Part shown: positions 1 to 8,680 of the stretch, piece by piece | Position numbering within the stretch: the first letter of the stretch is position 1 | Layout: each line of letters opens with the position of its first letter | Source: a virus | Virus record (IMG/VR): IMGVR_UViG_3300030099_006908 | Coordinates: 30,846 to 94,845 of that record | DNA: 64,000 nt | Reading direction: 5' to 3' (one strand) | Notes under the pieces: model-generated | What the model saw: the letters and a program-made list of their open reading frames with translations, nothing else | What the model was told of the DNA's origin: nothing | Database searches by the model: none | Made by a program: the position numbers and the translations under genes

Positions 1-71
1 GGCGACGGAAACGCTTCCATACTTCTTTACAAAACAGATGATATACTAAAAATATTCGAGAGGATTGACGA

Positions 72-527
72 ATGTCAACAGAAACAGTTGCACAACAAGA
101 TACATACGCTACTGACATAGTTGTTGTATTTTTATACTTTGATGAAGATAGCGACATGGAGATTGGCCTACTAACAGACGCATATTCAAATTATTCGCTT
201 CCAGAACATAGATTAAAACACGGAGAAAATTCTTACGAGATTGTCAACAAGATAATAGACCAACATCTACAACTCGACAGAGCTGGCAACAACATAAAGT
301 CAAATTTTTCAATTACTACAGAGGCTGTTGTTGACGGATTGAATAGATATGCAGGAAATTACCCTCCCAGCATATCCTTAGTTTTTGTAGTAAAAAGCAA
401 TCATGGAAAGCAAAAAGCGGGGGAATTAAATTGGGTCGGAGCTGAAAAGCTACACGATATAGTGCAATCAAGCAGTCTAATAAAAGACCACCAAGAGGTA
501 TTGAGTTTAATATTTCACGATGACTGA
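72..527 (+). CDS. Degenerate Nudix-fold protein (NrtR/ADP-ribose pyrophosphatase-like)
   Basis: YSLPEHRLKHGENSYEIV resembles the start of the Nudix box but lacks REUXEE; C-terminal LIKDHQEVL resembles LAFDHxxI. Confidence 0.4.
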   Translation: MSTETVAQQDTYATDIVVVFLYFDEDSDMEIGLLTDAYSNYSLPEHRLKHGENSYEIVNKIIDQHLQLDRAGNNIKSNFSITTEAVVDGLNRYAGNYPPSISLVFVVKSNHGKQKAGELNWVGAEKLHDIVQSSSLIKDHQEVLSLIFHDD

Positions 528-921
528 CGAAGAAAGAGAAAAAACCGAGATACAGAGAAATGCAGAAGCTATAAAAGAATACATGCAGCTTTTGGGATTT
601 GATGAACGAGGCGAAACTAACTCTCGTCCAAAATTTACGCTTTCATTTTCTGTAGACGAGCTAGGAACTGTTGATGTAGAAGTTATCTGGCCAGACGAAA
701 AGAACGAAAAACATCTGGAGCTAATAAAAACTAGCGCTAACCTTTTGTATTCTATAAACTCAGGTTCGTTAAAATCTTTAGTAGTGGAGGCCATACAAAA
801 CACAAAAAACCTGGACCCAGAATTGTTACAAGATGCGCAAAAACTTATAAAATACTGGTCGATTGTTGAAAAGAAATACTCCTCAGAACCATGCGTAAAG
901 CCTAGAGATACACTAACATAA
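520..921 (+). CDS. Hypothetical protein
   Basis: 133-aa ORF overlapping the upstream gene, same strand. Confidence 0.6.
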   Translation: MTDEEREKTEIQRNAEAIKEYMQLLGFDERGETNSRPKFTLSFSVDELGTVDVEVIWPDEKNEKHLELIKTSANLLYSINSGSLKSLVVEAIQNTKNLDPELLQDAQKLIKYWSIVEKKYSSEPCVKPRDTLT

Positions 922-944
922 TCTTAGAAATCTTTAATGCTTGT

Positions 945-956
945 GGTGTAATAATA
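945..956 (+). promoter_or_regulatory. Candidate phage-specific promoter (GGTGTA motif)
   Basis: GGTGTAATAATA in the intergenic gap upstream of the ATG at 1022; one of six similar sites. Confidence 0.4.
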
Positions 957-1021
957 TTAGAGCTATCCGCTTTTGTCTCATCCAATACAAGCGTATACAA
1001 AAAACTCTAGAAAGAGCTAAA

Positions 1022-1576
1022 ATGGTAAGAAAAAAAATAGTTTGGGAGAAATGGATTGACCCTCTAAATTCTAACATAGATGAGGTTGAATATCCTGGGC
1101 ATAACGCGCCATCATACGAACAAGACAGTCCAATTGAATTTTTATCTACCGACCCAAACTTTGACGATAAATATGAAGAAAATTTGGAGTACGCAGAAGA
1201 ACAGGAGCCTGGAAATCAAAAAAATATTACCTACAATCCAATAAGATTAGTCTCTACGCCTCACGGATTTGTTAGCTTAACAGAACACTCTTTCGCCTCA
1301 AAGCATTTTGATTTTTGGACCATGCACTATAACAGAGACATAACACCTCAAATTGTATCTGCTATAGAGAAATGCGAAGGAGTTGAGACATTAAACACAC
1401 TAACAAGATATAGAGTTAGGATTGGATTTAACAGGCCCCTGATACAGTCTGGGGCTTTTAAACTTAACACGATAAGAAAAAAAATTGAGGGGGCGGTATT
1501 CAAAATTTCTGAAAAGTCAATAAGGGAAAGCCCGCAAAGCATATTTAATAAACAACAGAAAAATGACAGCGCCTAA
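1022..1576 (+). CDS. Hypothetical protein
   Basis: ORF-track 941..1576; ATG at 1022 (MVRKKIVWEKW) is the more likely start. Confidence 0.6.
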   Translation: MVRKKIVWEKWIDPLNSNIDEVEYPGHNAPSYEQDSPIEFLSTDPNFDDKYEENLEYAEEQEPGNQKNITYNPIRLVSTPHGFVSLTEHSFASKHFDFWTMHYNRDITPQIVSAIEKCEGVETLNTLTRYRVRIGFNRPLIQSGAFKLNTIRKKIEGAVFKISEKSIRESPQSIFNKQQKNDSA

Positions 1577-2246
1577 AAAAACAACAAGTGAACTGATACA
1601 CGATGTTCACAATTTTAGCTTAAATATAGAAACAAGAGAAGTTTTTCTAAATAGTCATATTGCAGACTGTGAGGAAGAGGCTGGTGTAGATTGGCGTATG
1701 GCTACAAAGTTTAACAAAAACATTAGACTTTTAACATCTGGCTCACAAGCTACCCAACCAATACTCATCCATATGCATACAGTGGGAGGAAACTGGGAAG
1801 ACGGACTTGCTATATATGACATAATTAATTCTTGCACTGATACACATATAACTATAATTGCATACGCTCATGCTAGGTCGATGAGCAGCATTATCTTTCA
1901 GGCTGCTGATACTAGAATATTCATGCCAAACTCTATATGGCTAATGCACATGGGCGACATGGGGTTTGATGGTCAGGCTCAGTCATTTGAGGCAGAAGCA
2001 GAGTGGGCTAAAAAAGACCACGATAGAATGCTTGACATATACACTGAATCAGCGTATGGTAGTGTAGCCTACAAAGGGAAAAGCAGAAAGCAAATTAAAA
2101 ACTTTATAGATAGGGGGCTACGACTAAAGCAAGAGTGGTACATGTCTGCTAGGGATGCAATAGAACATGGCTATGCAGACGCTATTTTTGGAGACCCTGG
2201 ATATGAAAGTATGGACGCCATCAAAAAAATAGGAAAAGAAAGTTGA
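1563..2246 (+). CDS. clpP: ClpP-family (S14) serine protease
   Basis: PILIHMHTVGG, GLAIYD, ARSMSSII (catalytic Ser), WLMH (His), WYMSARDAIEHGYAD. Confidence 0.88.
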   Translation: MTAPKKTTSELIHDVHNFSLNIETREVFLNSHIADCEEEAGVDWRMATKFNKNIRLLTSGSQATQPILIHMHTVGGNWEDGLAIYDIINSCTDTHITIIAYAHARSMSSIIFQAADTRIFMPNSIWLMHMGDMGFDGQAQSFEAEAEWAKKDHDRMLDIYTESAYGSVAYKGKSRKQIKNFIDRGLRLKQEWYMSARDAIEHGYADAIFGDPGYESMDAIKKIGKES

Positions 2247-2740
2247 AGCACGTAACAGACGAAGAGTTTGAAAAGGCTTACAAAAATCCAGATAATAAAA
2301 ACATAATTAGAACAGTAACTAAAAAGTATTCTAATAAACTTTCCGAGGATTGCCAAAAATCTTGTGGAATGCATGGTCTCTGGAGATGCATACAAAAGCA
2401 CGATGATAAATATGGAAGAAAATTCACCACTAGTCTTTTTCTTCACGTTGACTGGGAGTGTAAAAGAGAGCTAGGAATATTAAATAGAAAATCCTTTTCT
2501 TCTTTCTTAGGCGAAAAAGATAATGAGGTGGCATCTCCCTCAGTAAGCGGTGACGCCATGGACATACTTGACACATTAACGGAAAATCAAAAAGAAATAA
2601 TGTATCAAAGATTTTACGAGAACAGAACTTTGCAGGAAATAGGAGAAAAACAGGGCTATAGCAAGGAGGCCGCTAGACAAAATATCAACAAGATTATATC
2701 TAGGTTAAGAGAAAATATCTCTAAAGATTTTGGTGTATAG
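2243..2740 (+). CDS. Phage sigma-70-family RNA polymerase sigma factor
   Basis: Region-2-like GLWRCIQKHDDKYGRKFTTSL and region-4 HTH LTENQKEIMYQRFYENRTLQEIGEKQGYSKEAARQ; TTG start. Confidence 0.82.
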   Translation: MKHVTDEEFEKAYKNPDNKNIIRTVTKKYSNKLSEDCQKSCGMHGLWRCIQKHDDKYGRKFTTSLFLHVDWECKRELGILNRKSFSSFLGEKDNEVASPSVSGDAMDILDTLTENQKEIMYQRFYENRTLQEIGEKQGYSKEAARQNINKIISRLRENISKDFGV

Positions 2741-2743
2741 TAG
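2732..2743 (+). promoter_or_regulatory. Candidate phage-specific promoter (GGTGTATA)
   Basis: GGTGTATAGTAG overlapping the sigma-factor stop, 56 nt before the FG-GAP gene. Confidence 0.45.
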
Positions 2744-2787
2744 TCTGTAGCTGCAGTCATACGCTAAAATTAACAGGAGCCTTCAAA

Positions 2788-5616
2788 ATGCCCAGAGAAT
2801 CATTCATAGTCGCAGTAAGTGGACAACCCACTAAAAATCTAGGTGCAACAGTAATAAACGCCGGAAATACGCCTATTTTTGGCGATTCTACAAATAATAA
2901 CGCTGGCTTTGGCGTTCTGACAGGCTCCAACACCGGAAAAAGTTCCGGTTCAAAAGTGGTCGAAAGGGAAGCTATCCCGAACACAAGTGGGAATATTCAG
3001 TCCACTCCTGGCGTTCAGTCAGCCGTATTTACAGACCCGTTTGCTGGTTCTCCTCTTGGGCAAGTTATTGGAAAATCATTTTCTTGGAGAGACCAGTATA
3101 CCGGAAGACTTCCTGTTCGATTTAACCACATATACTCAAGATACCCAGAGATAGGAAGAGAGTCTAATAGGTCAAATGGCTGCGTTAAAAATGCGAGGTC
3201 CAAACAGGGCGGAAAAGTCTGTAGAGATAATGATTCTCTATTTGGAACAAATGTCTCCTTGACTATGGGTTCGCAAGGTATGGCGATTGCGGTTGGCGCG
3301 CCCAGTGGACACAATGGCCTGAAGGGGCGCTTCGCAGGCGAAGCTGGGACTCATAACAGAAGAGAAGGCGATGTAACCGTAGACGAGTTTGGTTTGCATG
3401 GAATTATGAGCAAGCCTGGAGCGCCAAGCGTTGGGCATTTAGGCGAAGACGGCTTTGCTATCAGAGGAGAAGAAAAAGACTGGTACAGTTGTGGTAAAAG
3501 ACAAAACGCTCTGTGCGCTGAAGTAAGTCCTGGCTTTGATGACAAAGGACAAAAAGTAAGATACAGCGATTTAGGCTCTGACAGACTATCGGCCTATCCA
3601 AAACATGGAATTACAGCTTCTGGAACAGCTTTCGGTCACGCTGTAACATTTAACGCTGGCGGCACAAGAATGGCTGTTGGCGCTCCTTATGCAGATGGCG
3701 AAAGAGGAGAGGTTACAGTTTATGAATTTACAAGCGGCTCAGGCACAAAAGGCGAATGGATTAGAGTCGGCGCTCCAATCACAGGCAATGGTCTACCAAA
3801 CGATAGATTTGGTTGGGACGTTGCGCTTGATGGCCCTGGCGATATTGTATTTTGTGGCGCTCCTCGTCCCGGTGGAACTGGTTATGTTGCAATGTTTGAA
3901 TTACAAGGAACGTACCCTGGAGGCGCGACTTGGAAAAGAGATAATCATGGCGGCTCTGTTTCAGGCGTTGGACCGAGAGACAAATTTGGATATTCCATAA
4001 GCACTAACAAAGAAGCAACAATCCTGGCGGTTGGTGCGCCTAACGCATCTGGTACTCGCGGAACCGCAGAGTGTTTCATAAGAACAGGTGCTGGCGGAGT
4101 AATTAACTACCCATGGAAGGAATTGAAGAGAAAGATAGGCACTGGCTCGGAAAGGTCACACCAACGTGTTGTAGGAACCGCGTCTGGAGAAATGCTTGGC
4201 TGGTCAGTTTCATTGATGTATAACAGTGTTGCCTCACTTACCGCGGGCAGATTTAATCCTATGCTTGCAGTTGGTTCTCCGTTCTATAGCAAGAGTGTTG
4301 CTGAGTATGACTTTAGCAAGAGAACATTTGCGGAGAGAGCCGCTGGAGTACCCATCTTTGATGGCGACGCCCCAGCAGGTCCTCCCGACTCTGCCGGTTT
4401 ATACAGTGAATGGAGCATACGGAATGGTCTTACTTACAATTATGCAGGCCTAACCTGCGAAGGCCGAGTAACAATTTGGCAGTACAATATAGTTCCTGTT
4501 GGCAGAAAACACTATTACACTACTCTTGAGTGGTTACCCAAGGGTAAATATAGCGCAAGAAAAATGATGGTGGGACAGTATCCTCAAAGTGAAATGGGAT
4601 ACTCAGTTGCACTTAGCAAGACTGGCGACTACCTTGCTGTAGGTTGTCCTGGCACAGATGGAAGATTTGATGTTTCTGACTGTGAACAGTTGACGGCCAT
4701 GACTAAGGCTGAATTTGAAGGGACCGATTTCGGCGTATTCTTGGGAGAAGAAGTGCCAGAAGAACAATTTTACAAGTACAACTACATCTACAAGCCAGAC
4801 TCTCGCTCAGAAGATTGTTACACTAAAGATGGATTTTACCTTTCAAGTATTGGCCAAGGTGGTGGAGGTGGAGGCGAAGTCGCACCAGGATTATTCAAGA
4901 CCGCAAGCAAGCGAAGCAAATACGGTATCGGCTCTGTAAAAACTTTCCGATATGTGTGGGAAGGCAAAGATGGAGATGCGGCAAGAAGAGAGCATTACTT
5001 AGGCTCAGACAGACAGGATGTTTGGATTAAATATGGGCCAACAATTCCTGGTAAGGAAAGTCCCGTATACCCTTTAGATATGGACGGAAATGATTTTTTT
5101 GATGTATATGGAAGATTAAGATACGCTCGACCAAACTTCCAAGACCTTCAAGGCTTAGTGAAAATGCCCAAGCATTCTCATCACGAAAGATTTGGAACAG
5201 ACGTTTCTATCATAGACGTTGTATCTCCAGTTATAGCTGTCGGCGCACCTTACGCGCAAGACACTAGATACAACGGTGCCCCTGCAACTGACGGTGAGGG
5301 AAACATTATAGTTGGAATATATGAGCCAACAGGCAGAGTAGACATCTATTCCGCAACACCAACTAGATTTAGAGATAACGTAATGCCATTTGGAGGCGGA
5401 GCTTCAGCACCTGCTGGAGGCCCACTGTCAAGCAGAACGAAACCTAAACTTCAATATGACTCTGCTGGCTCGGTTGTAGCTTCTTCTGGAGGCGGTAGAG
5501 AAGCCTACTTCATAGCTCCTAAAGTTTCTGGCTCTGGACTGGCTGATGACAATGCTTTGAAGACAAACAGAAAGACATTTGGTACAGGTGGAATAAACTT
5601 CACATCGAGCGACTAA
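2788..5616 (+). CDS. FG-GAP (integrin-alpha-like) beta-propeller protein, probable virion surface protein
   Basis: Seven FG-x-x-V...AVGAP-type repeats (FGTNVSL, FGHAVTF, FGWDVAL, FGYSIST, LGWSVSL, MGYSVAL, FGTDVSI); ACAGGAG RBS. Confidence 0.8.
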   Translation: MPRESFIVAVSGQPTKNLGATVINAGNTPIFGDSTNNNAGFGVLTGSNTGKSSGSKVVEREAIPNTSGNIQSTPGVQSAVFTDPFAGSPLGQVIGKSFSWRDQYTGRLPVRFNHIYSRYPEIGRESNRSNGCVKNARSKQGGKVCRDNDSLFGTNVSLTMGSQGMAIAVGAPSGHNGLKGRFAGEAGTHNRREGDVTVDEFGLHGIMSKPGAPSVGHLGEDGFAIRGEEKDWYSCGKRQNALCAEVSPGFDDKGQKVRYSDLGSDRLSAYPKHGITASGTAFGHAVTFNAGGTRMAVGAPYADGERGEVTVYEFTSGSGTKGEWIRVGAPITGNGLPNDRFGWDVALDGPGDIVFCGAPRPGGTGYVAMFELQGTYPGGATWKRDNHGGSVSGVGPRDKFGYSISTNKEATILAVGAPNASGTRGTAECFIRTGAGGVINYPWKELKRKIGTGSERSHQRVVGTASGEMLGWSVSLMYNSVASLTAGRFNPMLAVGSPFYSKSVAEYDFSKRTFAERAAGVPIFDGDAPAGPPDSAGLYSEWSIRNGLTYNYAGLTCEGRVTIWQYNIVPVGRKHYYTTLEWLPKGKYSARKMMVGQYPQSEMGYSVALSKTGDYLAVGCPGTDGRFDVSDCEQLTAMTKAEFEGTDFGVFLGEEVPEEQFYKYNYIYKPDSRSEDCYTKDGFYLSSIGQGGGGGGEVAPGLFKTASKRSKYGIGSVKTFRYVWEGKDGDAARREHYLGSDRQDVWIKYGPTIPGKESPVYPLDMDGNDFFDVYGRLRYARPNFQDLQGLVKMPKHSHHERFGTDVSIIDVVSPVIAVGAPYAQDTRYNGAPATDGEGNIIVGIYEPTGRVDIYSATPTRFRDNVMPFGGGASAPAGGPLSSRTKPKLQYDSAGSVVASSGGGREAYFIAPKVSGSGLADDNALKTNRKTFGTGGINFTSSD

Positions 5617-5620
5617 GTTC

Positions 5621-5632
5621 GGTGTACACAAT
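5621..5632 (+). promoter_or_regulatory. Candidate phage-specific promoter (GGTGTA motif)
   Basis: GGTGTACACAAT just after the upstream stop, 80 nt before ATG 5701. Confidence 0.45.
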
Positions 5633-5700
5633 ACTTAGGAACGGGATTTAAGATTTTAGGACTACAGGAAATTTTATCCATTTATATGGAGAAATAAATT

Positions 5701-6321
5701 ATGGCATCACAAGCTGTAACAAGCGGAGCCGCTAAAAATAATGGTTCCACGATTGTAAATGCTGGCAACGTGCCGGTAACCACAAAAACCATTAACGACG
5801 CTGGATTTGGGCAAGTTATTGGTGACGGAGAAGGTCGTTTTAAAGGAACGCCCGGAAACCGAAAACAGAGAACACCCTCTGCTGGAAACTTTAGCTCACC
5901 TAGCAATGGTGGCGTAATCACAGCCAAGGGTAGCGGAACGTTTGCTTATGAAGGCAAGGCTGGCAAATACATTGGCATTAGACTTACCGATGCAATTAAC
6001 AATGTTGATAATACCACGCTTTTGTCTGGCGGTCAAGGAAAAGGTCGTTTCACAGGCTCCATTCACGGCCTGGAAACTTACTTTACCCTTCCGAAATACA
6101 CAACAAACGCAGATGGTTCGCACGCATCTACCAGCTCTGCTGGAGGAACTGCAACCAACTACATTGATTCTGCTGGAAACGGCTCAACCGCATCTAATGA
6201 TTCGGCTGCTAATCCAACTAGAGCGATTCCTGGCGAATTGGTCTACACCGGCACATCTAAGGCTAGAACTGGCTCGTTAGCTGTCCCGACACAGGACGAC
6301 TACAAACCTAAAACTGGCTAA
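5701..6321 (+). CDS. Gly/Thr/Asn-rich protein, probable virion or decoration protein
   Basis: Small-residue-rich composition, GGAG RBS, followed by a terminator; N-terminus paralogous to the FG-GAP protein. Confidence 0.55.
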   Translation: MASQAVTSGAAKNNGSTIVNAGNVPVTTKTINDAGFGQVIGDGEGRFKGTPGNRKQRTPSAGNFSSPSNGGVITAKGSGTFAYEGKAGKYIGIRLTDAINNVDNTTLLSGGQGKGRFTGSIHGLETYFTLPKYTTNADGSHASTSSAGGTATNYIDSAGNGSTASNDSAANPTRAIPGELVYTGTSKARTGSLAVPTQDDYKPKTG

Positions 6322-6344
6322 TAAAAGTAGTTAAAGTGAATAGG

Positions 6345-6374
6345 GGCGGCAGGCAAAAGCTTGCCGCCTTTTTT
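6345..6374 (+). terminator. Rho-independent terminator
   Basis: GGCGGCAGGC-AAAA-GCTTGCCGCC stem (one G-U pair) followed by TTTTTT. Confidence 0.88.
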
Positions 6375-6376
6375 AG

Positions 6377-6404
6377 TTGACAATACTCACTTTAGGTGTA
6401 TAAT
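6377..6404 (+). promoter_or_regulatory. Sigma-70 consensus promoter overlapping a GGTGTATA motif
   Basis: TTGACA (6377-6382), 16-bp spacer, TATAAT (6399-6404); GGTGTATA at 6395-6402. Confidence 0.8.
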
Positions 6405-6410
6405 ATATAC

Positions 6411-6572
6411 GTGTAAGGTATTTAAAATCGGCTTCATTTTAAAGGAACCGAAGATATGTTTAACAATCACGGTCAGGCGGCGGCGAAGCCTAAACAACGT
6501 TGTTACCTAAAGCGATAAGTTGAGATAATCAGCAAAACTTCGCAACACACCAAACTGCTGCCGCCTTTTTAT
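6411..6572 (+). ncRNA. Candidate structured small RNA or regulatory leader (~160 nt)
   Basis: Lies between a consensus promoter and a U-tract; AGGCGGCGG pairs with CTGCCGCCT, GCGAAG pairs with CTTCGC; internal palindrome AACAACGTTGTT. Confidence 0.4.
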
Positions 6573-6594
6573 TTATTAAAATTGGTTTATTGTC

Positions 6595-6933
6595 ATGAAG
6601 GTTCATGTAAAAAACACAATAAAAAATGTTAAAAGGATTGACGTTAGGGGTTCGTCCGTAGATGAATCAGAAATTGATTTGAATTCAGGTCAGACTTTAA
6701 GCGTTCTTTACATTAGCGACCTTGGAGAAGGGCTTGTAAATATACACGTTAATGAAGAAACCACACTCTCAGGTGTAAGCGACAAAAATCTTGATTATAA
6801 TAAAGATAAAAATCTTGAATCCATGAAATACTGGACAGAGCAACCAGAGCCAGACACTACCGTAAACGGAGTTAGAAAAATAAATAGTAGGGCGAATCAG
6901 TCTAGACGAAGCTGTTGCGGAAGAAGGAGATAA
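6595..6933 (+). CDS. Hypothetical protein
   Basis: 112-aa ORF with basic/Cys C-terminus (RRSCCGRRR). Confidence 0.55.
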   Translation: MKVHVKNTIKNVKRIDVRGSSVDESEIDLNSGQTLSVLYISDLGEGLVNIHVNEETTLSGVSDKNLDYNKDKNLESMKYWTEQPEPDTTVNGVRKINSRANQSRRSCCGRRR

Positions 6934-6935
6934 TT

Positions 6936-7202
6936 ATGAGCAAATCATTAAAATGTAAAGGTCAAATATATGTAGAGGTTGGTGGAGACTTTACATTTCT
7001 TGACAACTCTGGAGGAACTTATGGGGAAAAATGGCAGGGCGGAAGATATATTCCAATACATAAAGTCATAAACTACAAAGATGGATATTCAGACATAGTT
7101 TTAGGAAACGGCCATGTAATGCCGCAAGTTCTGCTTGGTGAAATAGGGTATGTTATAGGAAAGCCCGAGATAGAAACAGTAGACTCGATAAAAGAAATGT
7201 AA
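6936..7202 (+). CDS. Hypothetical protein
   Basis: AAGGAG RBS before ATG 6936. Confidence 0.55.
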   Translation: MSKSLKCKGQIYVEVGGDFTFLDNSGGTYGEKWQGGRYIPIHKVINYKDGYSDIVLGNGHVMPQVLLGEIGYVIGKPEIETVDSIKEM

Positions 7203-7221
7203 AAACTGCAAGAGTCTAACA

Positions 7222-7713
7222 ATGAATCAAGAGGACGAAAAACATCTTAGGTCTTTGCTAAGACATGTAGATAATGTGCGGCAATCTTCACTTCTTCTTG
7301 GTGAAAGAATTATAGAATCAGGAAATGAAAAGCTAGGTATTGACCTAATATCAAATGGCCAAATACATGACTACTCAAAGTTTAGAGGGTGTGAGTGGCT
7401 CTATCTTAGGCCAGAATTTATTGACTCCACGAAAAAAGAGCTTTTTGATTCTGCTAAAAAACAGCATGTAAACAGCAACCCACATCACCCAGAATACTGG
7501 GGCTCAATACACCAAATGCCCAAAGTATATATAGCTGAAATGGTGTGTGACTGGTCTGCACGCTCACATGAACAAGGCAACGACTTGAGAGAGTGGATAA
7601 GGGAAAAAGGCACAAAGATTTTTGACATGACAACTCAATCAAAGGTATACAGGGAAATAAAGTTTTTTGTAGACTTACTACTAGAGCCTTCGTTTAAAAA
7701 CAATGCAAAATAA
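7222..7713 (+). CDS. DUF5662-like HD-fold protein
   Basis: HVDNV, HDYSK, HVNSNPHHPEYW, MP..YIAEMVCDW motifs. Confidence 0.7.
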   Translation: MNQEDEKHLRSLLRHVDNVRQSSLLLGERIIESGNEKLGIDLISNGQIHDYSKFRGCEWLYLRPEFIDSTKKELFDSAKKQHVNSNPHHPEYWGSIHQMPKVYIAEMVCDWSARSHEQGNDLREWIREKGTKIFDMTTQSKVYREIKFFVDLLLEPSFKNNAK

Positions 7714-7906
7714 TAAAAATAGCCTTCAGTCAGTGATGAAAGCCGTAATGCAAGATGAAAATCTAATAAAGGGCTACGCTTCTAAAAAGTGCAAGCAATG
7801 CTTAGGAAGAGGGTATTTAGAAATAAAATTTGCAGAAGAACTCCATGCACAGAATTATCTATGTGACTGCGTTCAAAAAAACGTAAAGAAAGAATTTGAA
7901 AAATAA
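7703..7906 (+). CDS. Small zinc-binding hypothetical protein
   Basis: CKQCLGRG...CDC. Confidence 0.5.
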   Translation: MQNNKNSLQSVMKAVMQDENLIKGYASKKCKQCLGRGYLEIKFAEELHAQNYLCDCVQKNVKKEFEK

Positions 7907-7911
7907 GAGCT

Positions 7912-8451
7912 ATGTCTTTTTCTGAAAAATCTTTAGAATATTTAAAAAATGTAAAAAATAAAATAGAGCCCATTGACAAACCATCTTGGACTGAGTATTT
8001 TATTACAATGGCAAAGCTAGCTAGCACAAGGAGCGCTGACGCAGAAACAAAACACGGATGCGTTATAGCCGATAAAAAAAACAGAGTTATAGGAGTGGGT
8101 TATAATAGCTTTCCTGCTAATATGCCAGATAATATTCTTCCAAATAAGAGACCAGAAAAATATAAATGGATGGTCCACGCAGAAAGAAATGCACTGGCAA
8201 ATTGTGTAGTTAGGCCAGAGGGATGTACGGCTTATATAACAGGTCGCCCATGCCTTGATTGCGCAAAATCTTTGTACCAAGAGGGTATAGAGCATTTTGT
8301 GTGCTTTGATGGGCACGGAACATATCGAGAAGAAGCAGAAGACAAAAGTATATTTGAAATTTTAGTAAAAAGTGGTGATATAAAAATAGAGTGGGTAAAG
8401 CCAGATTTTGACAAAATAATAAATTATTTGGCCTCAACAATTTCTCAGTAA
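7912..8451 (+). CDS. dCMP deaminase
   Basis: W.EYF..MA..ASTRS, GVGYNSFP, HAERNA, PCLDC zinc motifs. Confidence 0.9.
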   Translation: MSFSEKSLEYLKNVKNKIEPIDKPSWTEYFITMAKLASTRSADAETKHGCVIADKKNRVIGVGYNSFPANMPDNILPNKRPEKYKWMVHAERNALANCVVRPEGCTAYITGRPCLDCAKSLYQEGIEHFVCFDGHGTYREEAEDKSIFEILVKSGDIKIEWVKPDFDKIINYLASTISQ

Positions 8452-8454
8452 TTA

Positions 8455-8466
8455 GGTGTATATTTA
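8455..8466 (+). promoter_or_regulatory. Candidate phage-specific promoter (GGTGTATA)
   Basis: GGTGTATATTTA in a 19-nt gap, 16 nt before ATG 8471, implying a near-leaderless transcript. Confidence 0.5.
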
Positions 8467-8470
8467 TTAC

Positions 8471-8680
8471 ATGACAAAAATTAATCTTAATAAAAAAAGT
8501 GAAGAGCAGTTTTTTGAAATAACCATACAGGTAAGAGATAAAAACGGCAACCCCACGGGCAAAACAAAAACTTTTGGCAGCGATAGCGCGACCAGTTTTT
8601 CTGGATGGTACAATAAAAATAACGCGCCTAAGTCCAAAAAAAACAAAAAGAATAGAAAAAAGAATAACCGGAATAGCTAA
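8471..8680 (+). CDS. Small basic hypothetical protein
   Basis: Lys/Asn-rich C-terminus; abuts the next gene. Confidence 0.5.
   Translation: MTKINLNKKSEEQFFEITIQVRDKNGNPTGKTKTFGSDSATSFSGWYNKNNAPKSKKNKKNRKKNNRNS

Noticed and set aside
6411-6572. tRNA, tmRNA or CsrB identity for the candidate RNA
   Set aside because: No cloverleaf, T-loop or CCA end, too short for tmRNA, and lacks multiple GGA hairpins
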